A stretch of 64,000 bases of DNA from Prorocentrum cordatum. Taxonomy: Eukaryota. The translations under genes and the position numbers were made by a program. The notes under the pieces were generated by a model, which ran no database searches, was not told where the DNA came from, and saw nothing but the letters and a program-made list of their open reading frames with translations. Of the stretch, positions 1 through 12,224 are shown one piece after another. Position 1 is the first letter of the stretch, and every line of letters begins with the position of its first letter. The stretch covers positions 248,001-312,000 of the forward strand of contig CAUYUJ010000259.1 of NCBI GenBank assembly GCA_963575745.1, in the 5' to 3' direction.

Positions 1-954
1 CCTGGGGCAGACCTTGCCGGGAGCTTGCCGAATCCCTGCCAGGGTACAATTGTCGTCCAGGGACCCCGCGGGGACCGCCCCGCGCCCAGCACTTCGAGGC
101 GCAGTGGGCATGGATGATTCTTGGATCTTGCCCGCACGGGGGTCGACGACCTCTGGGGGCGGGGGGGGGCGGGTCAGAGAGACTCGCAGGCCTAGAGGTT
201 GACGCCAACACCACTGTCGGCGGTGTGCCTCCACCGAGGGAGGAAGATTCCGATCTCGGTGATGGTGGTAGTATTCTGGCTTCCGAGGTGACCGAAATAT
301 CAACACCAGCATCGAGATCTAGGATCATCTTCCCCCTGTGGAGGCAGCCCCCATGTGTTGGCGTTGGTGCTCCTGACCAGGCCTCCGCGAGATCAGTGGC
401 TGGTGACTGACCAGGGTTTGCCTACTCTTCTGCCCAGAAGCCGGTTACGGCCCCCGTCGCCGGGCGCCCGTCCTCGATCGATGCAGTCTGGCGCCTCACG
501 GCGCCCGGAGGCGCTGGGGAGACCAGCTGTACAGGAGCTAGTCTATTCCCCCTCGATTGCCCTTAAGTCGTGCGTGTTCCTCTACAGGAGGAGCTTTCCA
601 AAATAGTTTAAAAAATAGTCTGAGGACGATTTGTAGTTTTTTTCACCATATTTCTGAGCGTTTCTGGGGGCGTGTTTTATTGTTCGTCCGAAACCCGCCT
701 GTATGGGGGACACGCCTGACCTAAGATGACCCGCCTCCCAGTCCTCCGACCCGAGCGGCGGCCTTGCTAGAAGAGCCTTCCTAGAAGAGCCCTGGGGGGA
801 GGCTCCCACGAGGGCTGTCGGAGGCCCCCCCCCCGAGGGGCCCCTCCCACGAGGGCCCAGCCGCCTGCCTCCTCGCCCCCCGGCCCCTCCCGCCTTCGCA
901 GGAAGAGGCCGTCGCCATCGCCCCGCCCCCTCGCCCGAGATCTCCACGACATTA

Positions 955-991
<37 letters not shown>

Positions 992-1834
992 CTCCTCCTC
1001 CTCCTCCTCCTCCTCCTCCTCCTCTTCCTCCTCCTCCTCCTCCTTATCTATATGTGTGTATGTATGCGTATACATACACACCCGGGTTCAGGGAAGGGTG
1101 GCGGCGTATAGATAATTTATGAGCGCCAGCTGCTGTGTACGCCGACGCCCACCCTGCAGGTACACGCAGCATCCGTCGGAGGGTGTCTGCGTACACATTC
1201 TCGTGACCGGCGTTGGCCCCCGGGCCGGAGGAGTGGTCCGAAGGGGCCTTCCGCGCGCCGTGACCTCCTCCTCCACGGCGCGCGCGACGCCGCACCAGGG
1301 CCAGGGGCAGCATCTCGGGGAGGGGCAGGGCTCGGGGGGCAGGGGCTGGACCAAGCCGCTGCTTTGCTGGGACTCGGCTGTGCTTTGGTTTTTCCTTCTG
1401 GCAGGGAGGTGCAGGAAAACAGGCAGAGCAGAACGAAAAACGACACGAAGACAAAACGAACACGCAACGTTTAGGTCCAGCCCTGTCAGGGGCGGTGGCA
1501 ACGTCAGGGGCCGGTGCCAGTGTCGACAACGTTCGGGGGGGAGAGTGGAAGTTTAACGTTTCGTCGTTTCTGTCTGGGCGGCTTCCCACACTTGGTGGCG
1601 TGGTGGCGTAGGCTGTCGGAGTTTGAACACGTAGGTTTTCGGGCGTCTTCGTCGGTTCTCGGCGGCTTCCCAGCCTCGGGGTGCCCGCCAGCAGCAGCAG
1701 CTGTGCCTCGCCGAGGGGCGGCCTGGGCGGACCGCGCCTCGCGGCGGACGGTCACTGGAGACCCGCGCTATGACCCGAAAAACTAGGCGATGAGGATCAT
1801 CGGCGGCGAGCGAGGGGGGCGACGTGAGAAGGGG

Positions 1835-2010
1835 CGGGCTTTCTCTCAGAGGGCTCGGAAGTCCCCTGGCCTTCTGAGAAGTTCTCTAAGCCTTCCCCGG
1901 AGACACCGGACACTTCTCAGAAGGCGCGAGGGCTTCCGAGAAGTCCCGCCGCCTGCTGAGAAGGCCTCCTCCTCCTCACCTTCCCCCCCCGACTCGCCGC
2001 CGGGATGACT
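1835..2010. repeat. Palindromic dispersed repeat; related copy ~42970-43150
   Basis: CTCGGAAG...CCTTCTGAGAAG / CTTCTCAGAAGG...CTTCCGAG arms at both loci. Confidence 0.6.
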
Positions 2011-2243
2011 TTGGGATTTTAGGTGCTCATGGGGGAGTGCGACGGCCCGCAATCGTCCGCTGATCGCCGACAGGGGCGCGACGGCCCGTCCCGCCCAGCA
2101 GCGTGCGGACTCGCCCTCGGGGGTCTATCGCCCACCTGTCTGCGACGTGTCGCCGATTCCAGCTCGATGCTTCCGTTCCCGAGCTGGACCCCCCCCCCAA
2201 GGCGGCCTGGAAGGGTTCAGGGAGGGCCCGCGATGTCCTAGGG

Positions 2244-2410
2244 TTAAGTCGGGCGTGTCCCTCTACAGGAGGAATATCCAAAACTAGTAAAAAAAGAATC
2301 CGAGGGCGTTGTTTGTTGGACTCTTTGTTGGTTACTCTTGGAGCATATGTTGGGGATATGTCTTGATTCTTCGTCCAGAATCCGCCTGTAGGGGGGCATG
2401 CCCGACCTAA
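2244..2410. mobile_element. MITE family B (other copies 563-724 and partial ~10165-10285)
   Basis: ~30-bp imperfect TIR TTAAGTCGGGCGTGTCCCTCTACAGGAGGA / TCCGCCTGTAGGGGGGCATGCCCGACCTAA; AT-rich core; TA at both ends. Confidence 0.8.
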
Positions 2411-2918
2411 TCATGGGGGGCTGGCCTCTGACCAGTTCGAGCCGCCACCCCCGCCGCTCCGAGTTGTCGGCCCTCGGGTGCCCCACTGGCCTCCCCGTTG
2501 GCCCGAGGGGGGCCAGCCCGAGGCGTCATTCCTCCCTCGGCCGAGCCCCTCGGCCGGCTGCGAGGAGGGCTTCGACCAGGCCAGCGACATGTTTTCTTGA
2601 TATCCAGACACAGCAGACCCAGACAGGACTGCGTCGTGAAAGGATCAGGACGGGCAATCCTTGGGTATTCTCGGCCCCGGGGGTCTCTCGCCGGGCCTCG
2701 GGACCGTCAAAGAAACAACTCAGGACGAAACACCGGTCCCGGGGAAAGCGTCGGGACTTCCAGGGACGCCGTCCTGAAAAAGTCAGGACGTCGCAAGTCA
2801 TGGGACATGGCCTTCGGGCGCTCCTTTGGGGACCCGCTAGGAAGCGCCCCGCCGCCAGGGGGGTTCGACCAGGACTGCGACACGTTTTCAACCTGTGGCG
2901 AAGCGTCCTGGCGTGCCC

Positions 2919-3090
2919 ATAGGCCTACCAAACCATGTTCTAAGAACCTTTTGTGGTCTGCCCGAAGTGTTCTCAGAACGTTCCTGGCTGGGGCTGTCTT
3001 GTCTTGACACATTGGAACTCTGTTCTAGGAGCACCGCTTTTGTTCTTAGAACATTTTTGGGGTTCTAGAAAGACTTTGTGGTAGGCCTAT
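2919..3090. mobile_element. Small TIR element
   Basis: ATAGGCCTACCA / TGGTAGGCCTAT inverted ends; internal TTCT..AGAAC repeats. Confidence 0.6.
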
Positions 3091-3501
3091 AGGAATGCCA
3101 GGCCGGTCGGTCACTGCTCATTTTTTCTTGATGTCCAGATGCAGCAGACATGACCTTGGGGCGCTCCTTTGGGGACCCGCCGGGAAGCGCCCAGCGGCCA
3201 GGGGCTCATATCTTCCCACTTGGGCGCTCGCAGACGGGAGTGCCAGGAACTGGGGTGCACACTTGGGTCAGAATCGCCCCCCCCATCTCTGACGCTCCCA
3301 CGTTTCGGATCCCCGCTGGGGCTGCTAAGGGGCCACGTGTCTTAAGTGGATGCCGGGGTGGGTGATCTCTGGCCTGACCTAGGTGTACGGGTCATCAGCG
3401 GCTCACGGATTGCAATGATCTCGGTTAGATTGACGGAGCCCACTTCAGAATTGCCAAACCTCTTTGAAGCCACTTCGGGCCAGTTTCTGGCCCCCTCGCA
3501 G

Positions 3502-3618
3502 GGCTTCGCTGCCGGCGTCCGCGACGTGAGCGCCACCTGCCGCGCCTTCGCGGCGGTGACGCGCGGCGGCGCCGTCGTCGCGTGGGGCGACCGGCACTGC
3601 GGGGGCGACTCCAGCGCG
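3502..3618 (+). CDS. Internal exon of RCC1/BLIP-II-like repeat protein (GFAAGVRDVSATCRAFAAVTRGGAVVAWGDRHCGGDSSA)
   Basis: Matches the AFAA-x-DG-x-VVxWG-x-GGDSS repeat typical of dinoflagellate RCC1-like proteins. CAG|G acceptor at 3499-3501, GT donor at 3619, 117 nt, phase 0. Upstream exons not identified. Confidence 0.85.
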
Positions 3619-4912
3619 GTGCTCGGAGGAGAAAGTCGAACAATCAAAAAACAGCATAAGCATCGGAGGGAGGAGAAGCGACACCAACACCACAGGGGAA
3701 ACCCACCTCCAGCGAGGAGGTCCACGATGCCTCCCCGAGCTGGAGGCTGGGGATGTCTCGAGCGAGAGGGAGGGACCAAGCCACCAGGGAGACCCCCCTT
3801 GCCTCCTCGCATCTCCTCGCCCTGGTGGTGTTGGTGTTGCCTTTCCTTCTGTTCCTAAATCATACACTCTTTGGCGGTCCGCACGGATGTTTTGGATCCG
3901 CGTTGGTGCCCCATGGCGGCGCCTTCTGCGCCGCCCCCAGCGCGCTCCGCGCGCCAGGGAGGGGGTATCCAGCGCAGATCCAAGAGATCCGCGCGGACCG
4001 TCGAAAGTTTATGCTTTTAGGGAAACGAGTTGCAATTGTTTTTTGCTGCGTTCAGATCCTCGGGGCCCTCAACGGACCCCTGGACAGTCAGAAAACGACT
4101 CAGGGTGAAGCACAAGTCCCAGTGGAAGGCCCCAGGGCCGAGGACCTGTTTCCCTCGGAACCCCTTTCCTTCGCGCTAGGGTGGTCGAAGGGCGCCGATA
4201 CCAGAACCCTTGCCTCGCGTTCGCCTTTTGGGGCCCCCCTCGGAGGCCCTCGTCGCCACGAATGGACTCGCCTCGAGATTATGGTCGCACTTCGTGGGTG
4301 GAAGCAAGCCCGTAAGGGCGGCATTTCGCGGGCCCGGCCATTGGGCCGCGACCCCGCGGATACGGGGCGTTCATTCGCGGTTGCCCCTCGCGGGACGCAT
4401 CCGTGCGACGGCGTATGTGTGTGTCACTTGAGTTGCGGGGACGACTCCACCGCGGTACTCAGAGGAGGGAACGGTACCGCTACCGCACCGTTGTCTCGTT
4501 CTCTCGTTTTCTCGCCGCCACGGCGGAATTTGCCTCGAGAGCCTGGTCAGAAGGCACTCTGGCTGAGGTCGGGGGAGCAGCGGTATCGGTACCTTTAAGT
4601 CGTATATATATATATATATATATATATTACTAGCCGGCCGCTCTGCGGGTGATCGGGAGTTTCTGTATATAGAAGAAGGTGCGTGCGCTTGTTGGCGAGG
4701 GTGAGGATGAGGTTCCTCCTCCTCCTCCTCCTCCTCCTCCTCCTCCTCCTCCTCCTCCATCCTTCTCTTGCCTCCGTCTGTCCTCCTCCACCCCGCAGCT
4801 CCATCATCTTCTCCTCCTCCTCCTCCTCCTCCTCCTCCTCCTCCTCCTCCTCCTCCTCCTCCTCCTCCTCCTCCTCCTCCTCCTCCTCCTCCTCCTCATT
4901 CCTCCTCATTCC

Positions 4913-7635
4913 TCCTCTGGGCACCTCCCCCGGGGCGCGGATCCACCGGATCTGTCCGGATCTGTCCGGAAACGGTGCCGGAGGCCGCTCTGGGCTCCTC
5001 TGGGCACCTCCCCCGGGGCCGGTTTTGTGAGGATGTCTCAAGCGAGGGCGCCGGTTTGGGATTCGTCACCGGATCCAGCGGATCTCCGTCCCGGAAACGG
5101 TGCCGGAGGCCGCTCTGGGCTCCTCTGGGCACCTCCCCCGGGGCCGGTTTTGTGAGGATGTCTCAAGCGAGGGCGCCGGTTTGGGATTCGTCACCGGATC
5201 CAGCGGATCCACCGGATCTGTCCGGAAACGGTGCCGGAGGCCGCTCTGGGCTCCTCTGGGCACCTCCCCCGGGGCCGGTTTTGTGAGGATGTCTCAAGCG
5301 AGGGCGCCGGTTTGGGATTCGTCATCCGGATCCAGCGGATCTGTCCGGAAACGGTGCCGGAGGCCGCTCTGGGCTCCTCTGGGCACCTCCCCCGGGGCCG
5401 GTTTTGTGAGGATGTCTCAAGCGAGGGCGCCGGTTTGGGATTCGTCACCGGATCCACGGATCGGATCTGTCCGGAAACGGTGCCGGAGGCCGCTCTGGGC
5501 TCCTCTGGGCACCTCCCCCGGGGCCGGTTTTGTGAGGATGTCTCAAGCGAGGGCGCCGGTTTGGGATTCGTCACCGGATCCAGCGGATCCACCGGATCTG
5601 TCCGGAAACGGTGCCGGAGGCCGCTCTGGGCTCCTCTGGGCACCTCCCCCGGGGCCGGTTTTGTGAGGATGTCTCAAGCGAGGGCGCCGGTTTGGGATTC
5701 GTCATCCGGATCCACCGGATCTGTCCGGAAACGGTGCCGGAGGCCGCTCTGGGCTCCTCTGGGCACCTCCCCCGGGGCCGGTTTTGTGAGGATGTCTCAA
5801 GCGAGGGCGCCGGTTTGGGATTCGTCACCGGATCCACCGGATCTGTCCGGAAACGGTGCCGGAGGCCGCTCTGGGCTCCTCTGGGCACCTCCCCCGGGGC
5901 CGGTTTTGTGAGGATGTCTCAAGCGAGGGCGCCGGTTTGGGATTCGTCACCGGATCCAGGATCCAGCGGATCTCTCCCGGAAACGGTGCCGGAGGCCGCT
6001 CTGGGCTCCTCTGGGCACCTCCCCCGGGGCCGGTTTTGTGAGGATGTCTCAAGCGAGGGCGCCGGTTTGGGATTCGTCACCGGATCCAGCCGGATCTGTC
6101 CGGAAACGGTGCCGGAGGCCGCTCTGGGCTCCTCTGGGCACCTCCCCCGGGGCCGGTTTTGTGAGGATGTCTCAAGCGAGGGCGCCGGTTTGGGATTCGT
6201 CACCGGATCCAGCGGATCCAGCGGATCCACCGGATCTGTCCGGAAACGGTGCCGGAGGCCGCTCTGGGCTCCTCTGGGCACCTCCCCCGGGGCCGGTTTT
6301 GTGAGGATGTCTCAAGCGAGGGCGCCGGTTTGGGATTCGTCACCGGATCCAGCGGATCCACGATCGGATCTGTCCGGAAACGGTGCCGGAGGCCGCTCTG
6401 GGCTCCTCTGGGCACCTCCCCCGGGGCCGGTTTTGTGAGGATGTCTCAAGCGAGGGCGCCGGTTTGGGATTCGTCACCGGATCCAGCGGATCCACCGGAT
6501 CTGTCCGGAAACGGTGCCGGAGGCCGCTCTGGGCTCCTCTGGGCACCTCCCCCGGGGCCGGTTTTGTGAGGATGTCTCAAGCGAGGGCGCCGGTTTGGGA
6601 TTCGTCACCGGATCCACCGGATCTGTCCGGAAACGGTGCCGGAGGCCGCTCTGGGCTCCTCTGGGCACCTCCCCCGGGGCCGGTTTTGTGAGGATGTCTC
6701 AAGCGAGGGCGCCGGTTTGGGATTCGTCACGGATCCACCGGATCTGTCCGGAAACGGTGCCGGAGGCCGCTCTGGGCTCCTCTGGGCACCTCCCCCGGGG
6801 CCGGTTTTGTGAGGATGTCTCAAGCGAGGGCGCCGGTTTGGGATTCGTCGGCGGATCCACCGGATCCACCGGATCTGTCCGGAAACGGTGCCGGAGGCCG
6901 CTCTGGGCTCCTCTGGGCACCTCCCCCGGGGCCGGTTTTGTGAGGATGTCTCAAGCGAGGGCGCCGGTTTGGGATTCGTCACCGGATCCAGCGGATCTGT
7001 CCGGAAACGGTGCCGGAGGCCGCTCTGGGCTCCTCTGGGCACCTCCCCCGGGGCCGGTTTTGTGAGGATGTCTCAAGCGAGGGCGCCGGTTTGGGATTCG
7101 TCACCGGATCCACCGGATCTGTCCGGAAACGGTGCCGGAGGCCGCTCTGGGCTCCTCTGGGCACCTCCCCCGGGGCCGGTTTTGTGAGGATGTCTCAAGC
7201 GAGGGCGCCGGTTTGGGATTCGTCACCGGATCCACCGGATCTGTCCGGAAACGGTGCCGGAGGCCGCTCTGGGCTCCTCTGGGCACCTCCCCCGGGGCCG
7301 GTTTTGTGAGGATGTCTCAAGCGAGGGCGCCGGTTTGGGATTCGTCACCGGATCCACCGGATCTGTCCGGAAACGGTGCCGGAGGCCGCTCTGGGCTCCT
7401 CTGGGCACCTCCCCCGGGGCCGGTTTTGTGAGGATGTCTCAAGCGAGGGCGCCGGTTTGGGATTCGTCACCGGATCTCTGTCCGGAAACGGTGCCGGAGG
7501 CCGCTCTGGGCTCCTCTGGGCACCTCCCCCGGGGCCGGTTTTGTGAGGATGTCTCAAGCGAGGGCGCCGGTTTGGGATTCGTCACCGGATCCACCGGATC
7601 TGTCCGGAAACGGCGCCGGAGGCCGCTCTGGGCTC
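4913..7635. repeat. Minisatellite, ~22 copies of a ~115-140 bp unit (mode 122 bp)
   Basis: Nearly invariant core GGAAACGGTGCCGGAGG...GGGATTCGTCA, with a variable number of 9-bp (C/G)CGGATCCA subunits between cores. Confidence 0.97.
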
Positions 7636-8679
7636 GTGCTCTTCGCGCCGGGGGTGAGGATGACGTGAGTTCCACAGAAACTCCCTCAAATCACACGCAC
7701 CTCTCCGAGGGAGTAGAGCTCAGAGGTGATTTTTCTGGCCGTTTAGCTAGAGACATTCTCGAAATTCTGAAAACCGGTGGCACCTCTCACACAGATCCTG
7801 ACGTCAGGGTAAAAAAAACACAGGGATTTCAATATTTTAATATAAAACCTTCAAAAACACATGGTAATTTCAATGATTTTGACCCCGACTCTCAGAGAAT
7901 GGTGGTTTCGCCTGAGACATCCTCCCAATGCCGAGTCCCGACGTACCTTCTGGAACCCCAGACCCCGCCTCGGAGCCTCCTGGGGGCCTCCTGGAACCTC
8001 CTGGGGGCCTCCTGGGGCTTTCTGTGCCTTCTGGTACCCCAGACCCCGCCTCGGAGCCTCATGGGGAACTCTTGGAACCTCTGGAGGTCTTCTGGGGCCT
8101 CCTGCAACCTCCTGGAGCCTCTTGGGGCTTCCTGGAGCCTCCCGGGGTCTCCTGGGGCCTCCTGAGGCCGCCTGGGGCCTCCTGGGGCCTCCTGGGGCCT
8201 CCTGGTGGTCTGGCCATTTTCGCCTGCGACATCCTCGCAACTCTTGGTTCCAAGATGCTCTGAACTCAGGTGTTCAGGTTACTTTCGCCTGAGACATCCT
8301 CGCAACTCTGGGTTCCGAGATGCCCTGAGCTGAGGTTGTCAGGCCACTTTCGCCTGAGACATCCTCGCAACGCTGACCTCGAAGAGGCATTGCCCTCGTC
8401 GATCCTCCTGCTCGATCCCCAATCCTTTTGGGGGGGTTCTTACTCGATCTTAGATTATTCTGCGTTCACCTCCTGCCGCTTCCCCTTCTCTTAGGCACGC
8501 CCTGGCGGCGCCTCCCCAGCTTCCCCTTCTCCATCTCCGATCCCGCCGTCATGGTGTCTTCCTCCTGCTTCAACCGCCCTTTGGGTTTTTTGAACGAGCC
8601 TGGGCACACACGTGCCACGTGTGTATATATATATATATGTATATATACATACATATATGTGTATATATATATATATGTA

Positions 8680-9790
8680 TATCGTCCGCGGCCCCGCGGC
8701 CCAGGGTCGCACACTGTTCCTAAACTCCCCCCCCCCCGTAACCGAATTTGCCGCTTGGGCTGCGGGGGCCTTGTTTGGCATCCAGGGGCCCATATTCGGA
8801 GTCCTGGAACTTTTTCCGCTTCCCCGATGCGTCCACCTAGGTTTCTGGAGACGGCAAGATGCCGACAAGACGGCCCAAGAGCGCTCGAAGCCGCCCAAGA
8901 TGGCCCTATGATCGGCCCAAGAGGCCCCCAAGATGCCCCAAGGTCGCTCTGCGAGGACCTCCAAGAGAGCCTCAAGATGCCAAAATCATTGATTATCATT
9001 GTGTGTTTCCAACATGTGTTGCTTCTCACGTTTTCGAGCGGCCGACACTCCAAGACTGCCCAAGAAGCCTCCAACGTCGCCCCAAGAGGCCCCCAAGAGG
9101 CCCCCAAGACGGCCCAAGAGGGCCGCATGATCGGCCCAAGAGGCCCCCAAGAGGGCCTGAAGAGGGCCTGAACTCGGCTCCAAGATGGGCCCAAGAGAGG
9201 GAACGCGAACCGACTTTTCGAATTTCCCGTCCCCAGAGACCCCCAGGAGGCCCCAAGAGGCCCCAAAGTGGCTCCAAGAGGCTCCAAAGAGGACCCAAAG
9301 ATGCTTAAGAGAGGTCCGACAAGCTCCACAACGCCCCCGTGGAGGCTTCAAACCTGCTTCCAGAAGGCCCCCCTAGAGGCATCCCACGATATCATCCCAG
9401 CGAACATACGAGAAGCCTCTAACCCACAACCTAGACACGGTTGCGGGATGGACCCAGAACTGCGACCTCTGGTTCGCATGGGGGGCTGGGGGGGCTTTGA
9501 GGGCTCCAAGAGGGTTCAGAAGTGGCCCCGGACCCCCCCAGAGGCTCCCAAGCTGGCCCAAGATATTCCCAAGGAGGCTCCAGAGAGCCCCCCCAAATGC
9601 CCGAACAGAGGCGCCCTCTGCCCCAAGAGGCCCCCAGGAGGCCCCAAGAGACTCCCAGGAGGCCTCCACGACGCCCCAAAAAGCTACCAAAAAGGCTCCA
9701 GAAAGACCCGAGAAGCTCCCGAGAAACCCCCACCGAGCTCGTAGGAGGCCTCTACAGAGACCCTCAGAAACCCACCAGAAGCCCTTCGTC
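8680..9790 (-). repeat. Dispersed GGCCTCTTGGG-rich repeat family (also ~7950-8210, 36290-36800, 45490-46130, 62950-63420)
   Basis: ~11-bp GGCC(T/G)TCTTGGG periodicity; three copies share the landmark TTCG(C/T)GTTCCCT.T.TTGGG. Confidence 0.8.
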
Positions 9791-10308
9791 CTCCATTCTC
9801 TGGAACAGCCCTTCGGAACACGTGGCCCTGGCTGCACCCCCCGACCCGCCCACCCAATGTCGAGGCCCGAGGACGCCCCCATGACGCCCGCAAGACGCTC
9901 CGGAAACGCCTCTCCCGCGCACGTGGATCAGGTGACAATGATGCTGATCGTCGGTGGTCCGTCGTCGTCATCGTCGTCGTCGGTCGTCGCTGGTACGCTA
10001 CAGGCCAAACTCATCCTTGAACTCCGCAGTATCCGCCCGAAAATCACGCATGGGTGAAAGGAAGGAGCCCGGATGACCACATGGAAAAGGTCCCATGGAA
10101 ATTGACACAGTCTTCGGAGTCGACTAGAACCTAAACGCGCGCGAAGCGCGCGCCGGGTTCCAGTTAAAGAATATTGTAAACAGTCTGGGGACGATTGTTC
10201 GACTAGTTTTGATTCTCCTTTGTTATTTTCGAGCATGGTTAGTTGTTCTTTCAAAATCCGCCTGTAGGAGGACATGCCCGACCTGACGGTACTTTTTTGT
10301 TTCCCCAG

Positions 10309-10380
10309 GTGGCTTCGCGGCTCGCTGGGGGCGTCCAGCGGGTCTTCGCCACCTCGTCGGCCTTCGCGGCCGTGCGCGAG
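10309..10380 (+). CDS. Exon of the same RCC1-like gene (VASRLAGGVQRVFATSSAFAAVRE)
   Basis: Pyrimidine tract plus CAG|G acceptor; 72 nt; continues GGDSSA|V in frame; GA donor at 10381. Confidence 0.85.
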
Positions 10381-10856
10381 GACCCTTGAAACAAATCGGG
10401 CGCAGGATTTTTCCAATGCCGGGCGTTGACGCCTGTGGTTCCAGGCCTTGGGACCAGTGGAGGCTCGTTTGGTTCGAAAAACACAAAAGAACGATGCGGT
10501 CTGGGGCTCCAGTTTTGTTATGGTCGCGATGTTGTACTCTCTTTCTTTCGCGATGCCCTATCACAGCTAGGGCCACCCCAGGGCCTCTTCACGCTGCGCA
10601 CGGAACACCGACGGAACGGCTTTCGTCGTTTTGACAGTCCGTCGGGCCTCATTTCGCGCTCTGGGGGACGTCAGGGATCGATCAGGGGCGAACTAGCCCG
10701 CCCCAGGGAAGTGATCCAGACTTTGGGGCTCACGGCGTGCAAGGCCACAGCGTCGGAGTTCTGGCCGCCGCCCGTTGCCGCCCTCGCCGCCGTCCGCCGG
10801 AACGCGTCGGGCCTGTCTGGCGAGCCCAGAAAGAAGGATGGATCTCCAGGCCTCCC

Positions 10857-11009
10857 GGATGGGGTCCAAGTTGAAGGGGTCGGAGGATCGCGCCGCATCG
10901 CCGATGCATCGGCGATGCGGCTCGATGTGGAGCACGGTCTGTTCCACACCGACGGCGCCGTTGCACCGCCTGTGCATCGTCGAGGCGGTGTTGTCTTCCG
11001 ACCCCATCC
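10857..11009. mobile_element. Palindromic MITE family A (related copies ~11420-11580, 37110-37300, 40960-41020, 42480-42690, 57750-57920)
   Basis: GGATGGGGTC / GACCCCATCC ends; perfect 30-bp palindrome GCCGCATCGCCGATGCATCGGCGATGCGGC at 10892-10921. Confidence 0.8.
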
Positions 11010-12224
11010 ACAGCTGGAACGACGGTAACAAAAGCAACCCTGAGTATGTTGGAGGGGTGCCCTTCAGTTCTGTTCCACGTGTGGGGGATCTCTACATTGT
11101 AGTGTTCTTCGTTGGGGTATCTCCGTGCGGCCTTGGTCCCTCTATGCAGGGACTCGTGTTCTTGACTCACGTTGTTGTGCTGTAACTGTTCACTGTACCC
11201 TGACCCATTTTGGGGAGGCCTCCAGCATCGCTCCAGACCGTCCCAAAACACATGCCCTCAGAGCATCCCAGAGCGCACTGAAGGGGCCGCGGCCCCTGGT
11301 GCATCCTCTGTACCCACCCGTTTTCATGGGCGACCGCGAAAGCGCAAGGGTATTCGCGTTTTGCATGTTTGCGGTCTGGTTCGTGTTCCGTTGGTAAGGC
11401 TTCGGTCTAGGCCTTTCACATGGGCTCCGAGCAGATGGGGTCGGAGGATCGCGCCGCATCGCCGATGCGTCGGCGATGCGGCTCGATGTGGAACCCAATT
11501 TTCTCCACGCCGACGGCACTGATGCACAGCTGGCGTCGCCCGTGTATCACCGATGCACAGGCGACGCCGATGCATCGTCCTGGTCCTCCTCCACCGCCTT
11601 CTTCCTTCTCCTCGCGCACGTGGTGGAGGGAGGTGGACGTGTCGGAGGCGGAGGTGTACAGGAGTAGGAAGATGAGGTGCAACATGGTGAAAGACAAGGA
11701 AAATGAGGGGAGGACTGGAGGAGGTGCACCATGGTGGAGTAGAAAGAAAGGGAGGAGGATCAAGAGGTACCGCGAGGCCGAGTTGTGCACGTTGATGGTG
11801 CAGGCTGGACCATTCCGTCGGCTACGCTCGAGGAGGATCAGGAGTTGCACCATGGTGTAGGAGGGCAACCTCGCCAACCTCCCCTTCATGTCGTGTTATT
11901 ATCTTCCCTCCTCGTTCGCTCTCCCCCGAGGGGACTTCATAGGTTCGGGCAACGCCCCAAAGCATGGACAATCAGCCTTCCTCCTCCTGGGTCGGTCGGT
12001 CGGTCGATGTGCAAAGAAATTGGAAATTAGAACGCAGTTGAATGATACACTGAACCGAAGGCACGGGAATAGCATAGGACGGAAACCAATGTAGGACGGA
12101 AACCACCGAGGCATGGATAGAGTTCTTAGCCGTTGTAGCGCACGGCGGGGTGCCAGAATTCAAAAGAGCAAGCTCAAAGCTTGAGACTTACGCTTCACCT
12201 TAGCTGCTCGATCTTGAGCTTACG

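Noticed and set aside
114..410. Possible LINE endonuclease fragment (VDANTTVG)
   Set aside because: Single short motif with no other endonuclease or RT motifs nearby.
4913..7635. CRISPR-like array (constant repeat with variable spacers)
   Set aside because: The repeat is >100 bp, the variable parts are just 9-bp subunit counts rather than unique spacers, there are no cas genes, and the context is eukaryotic.
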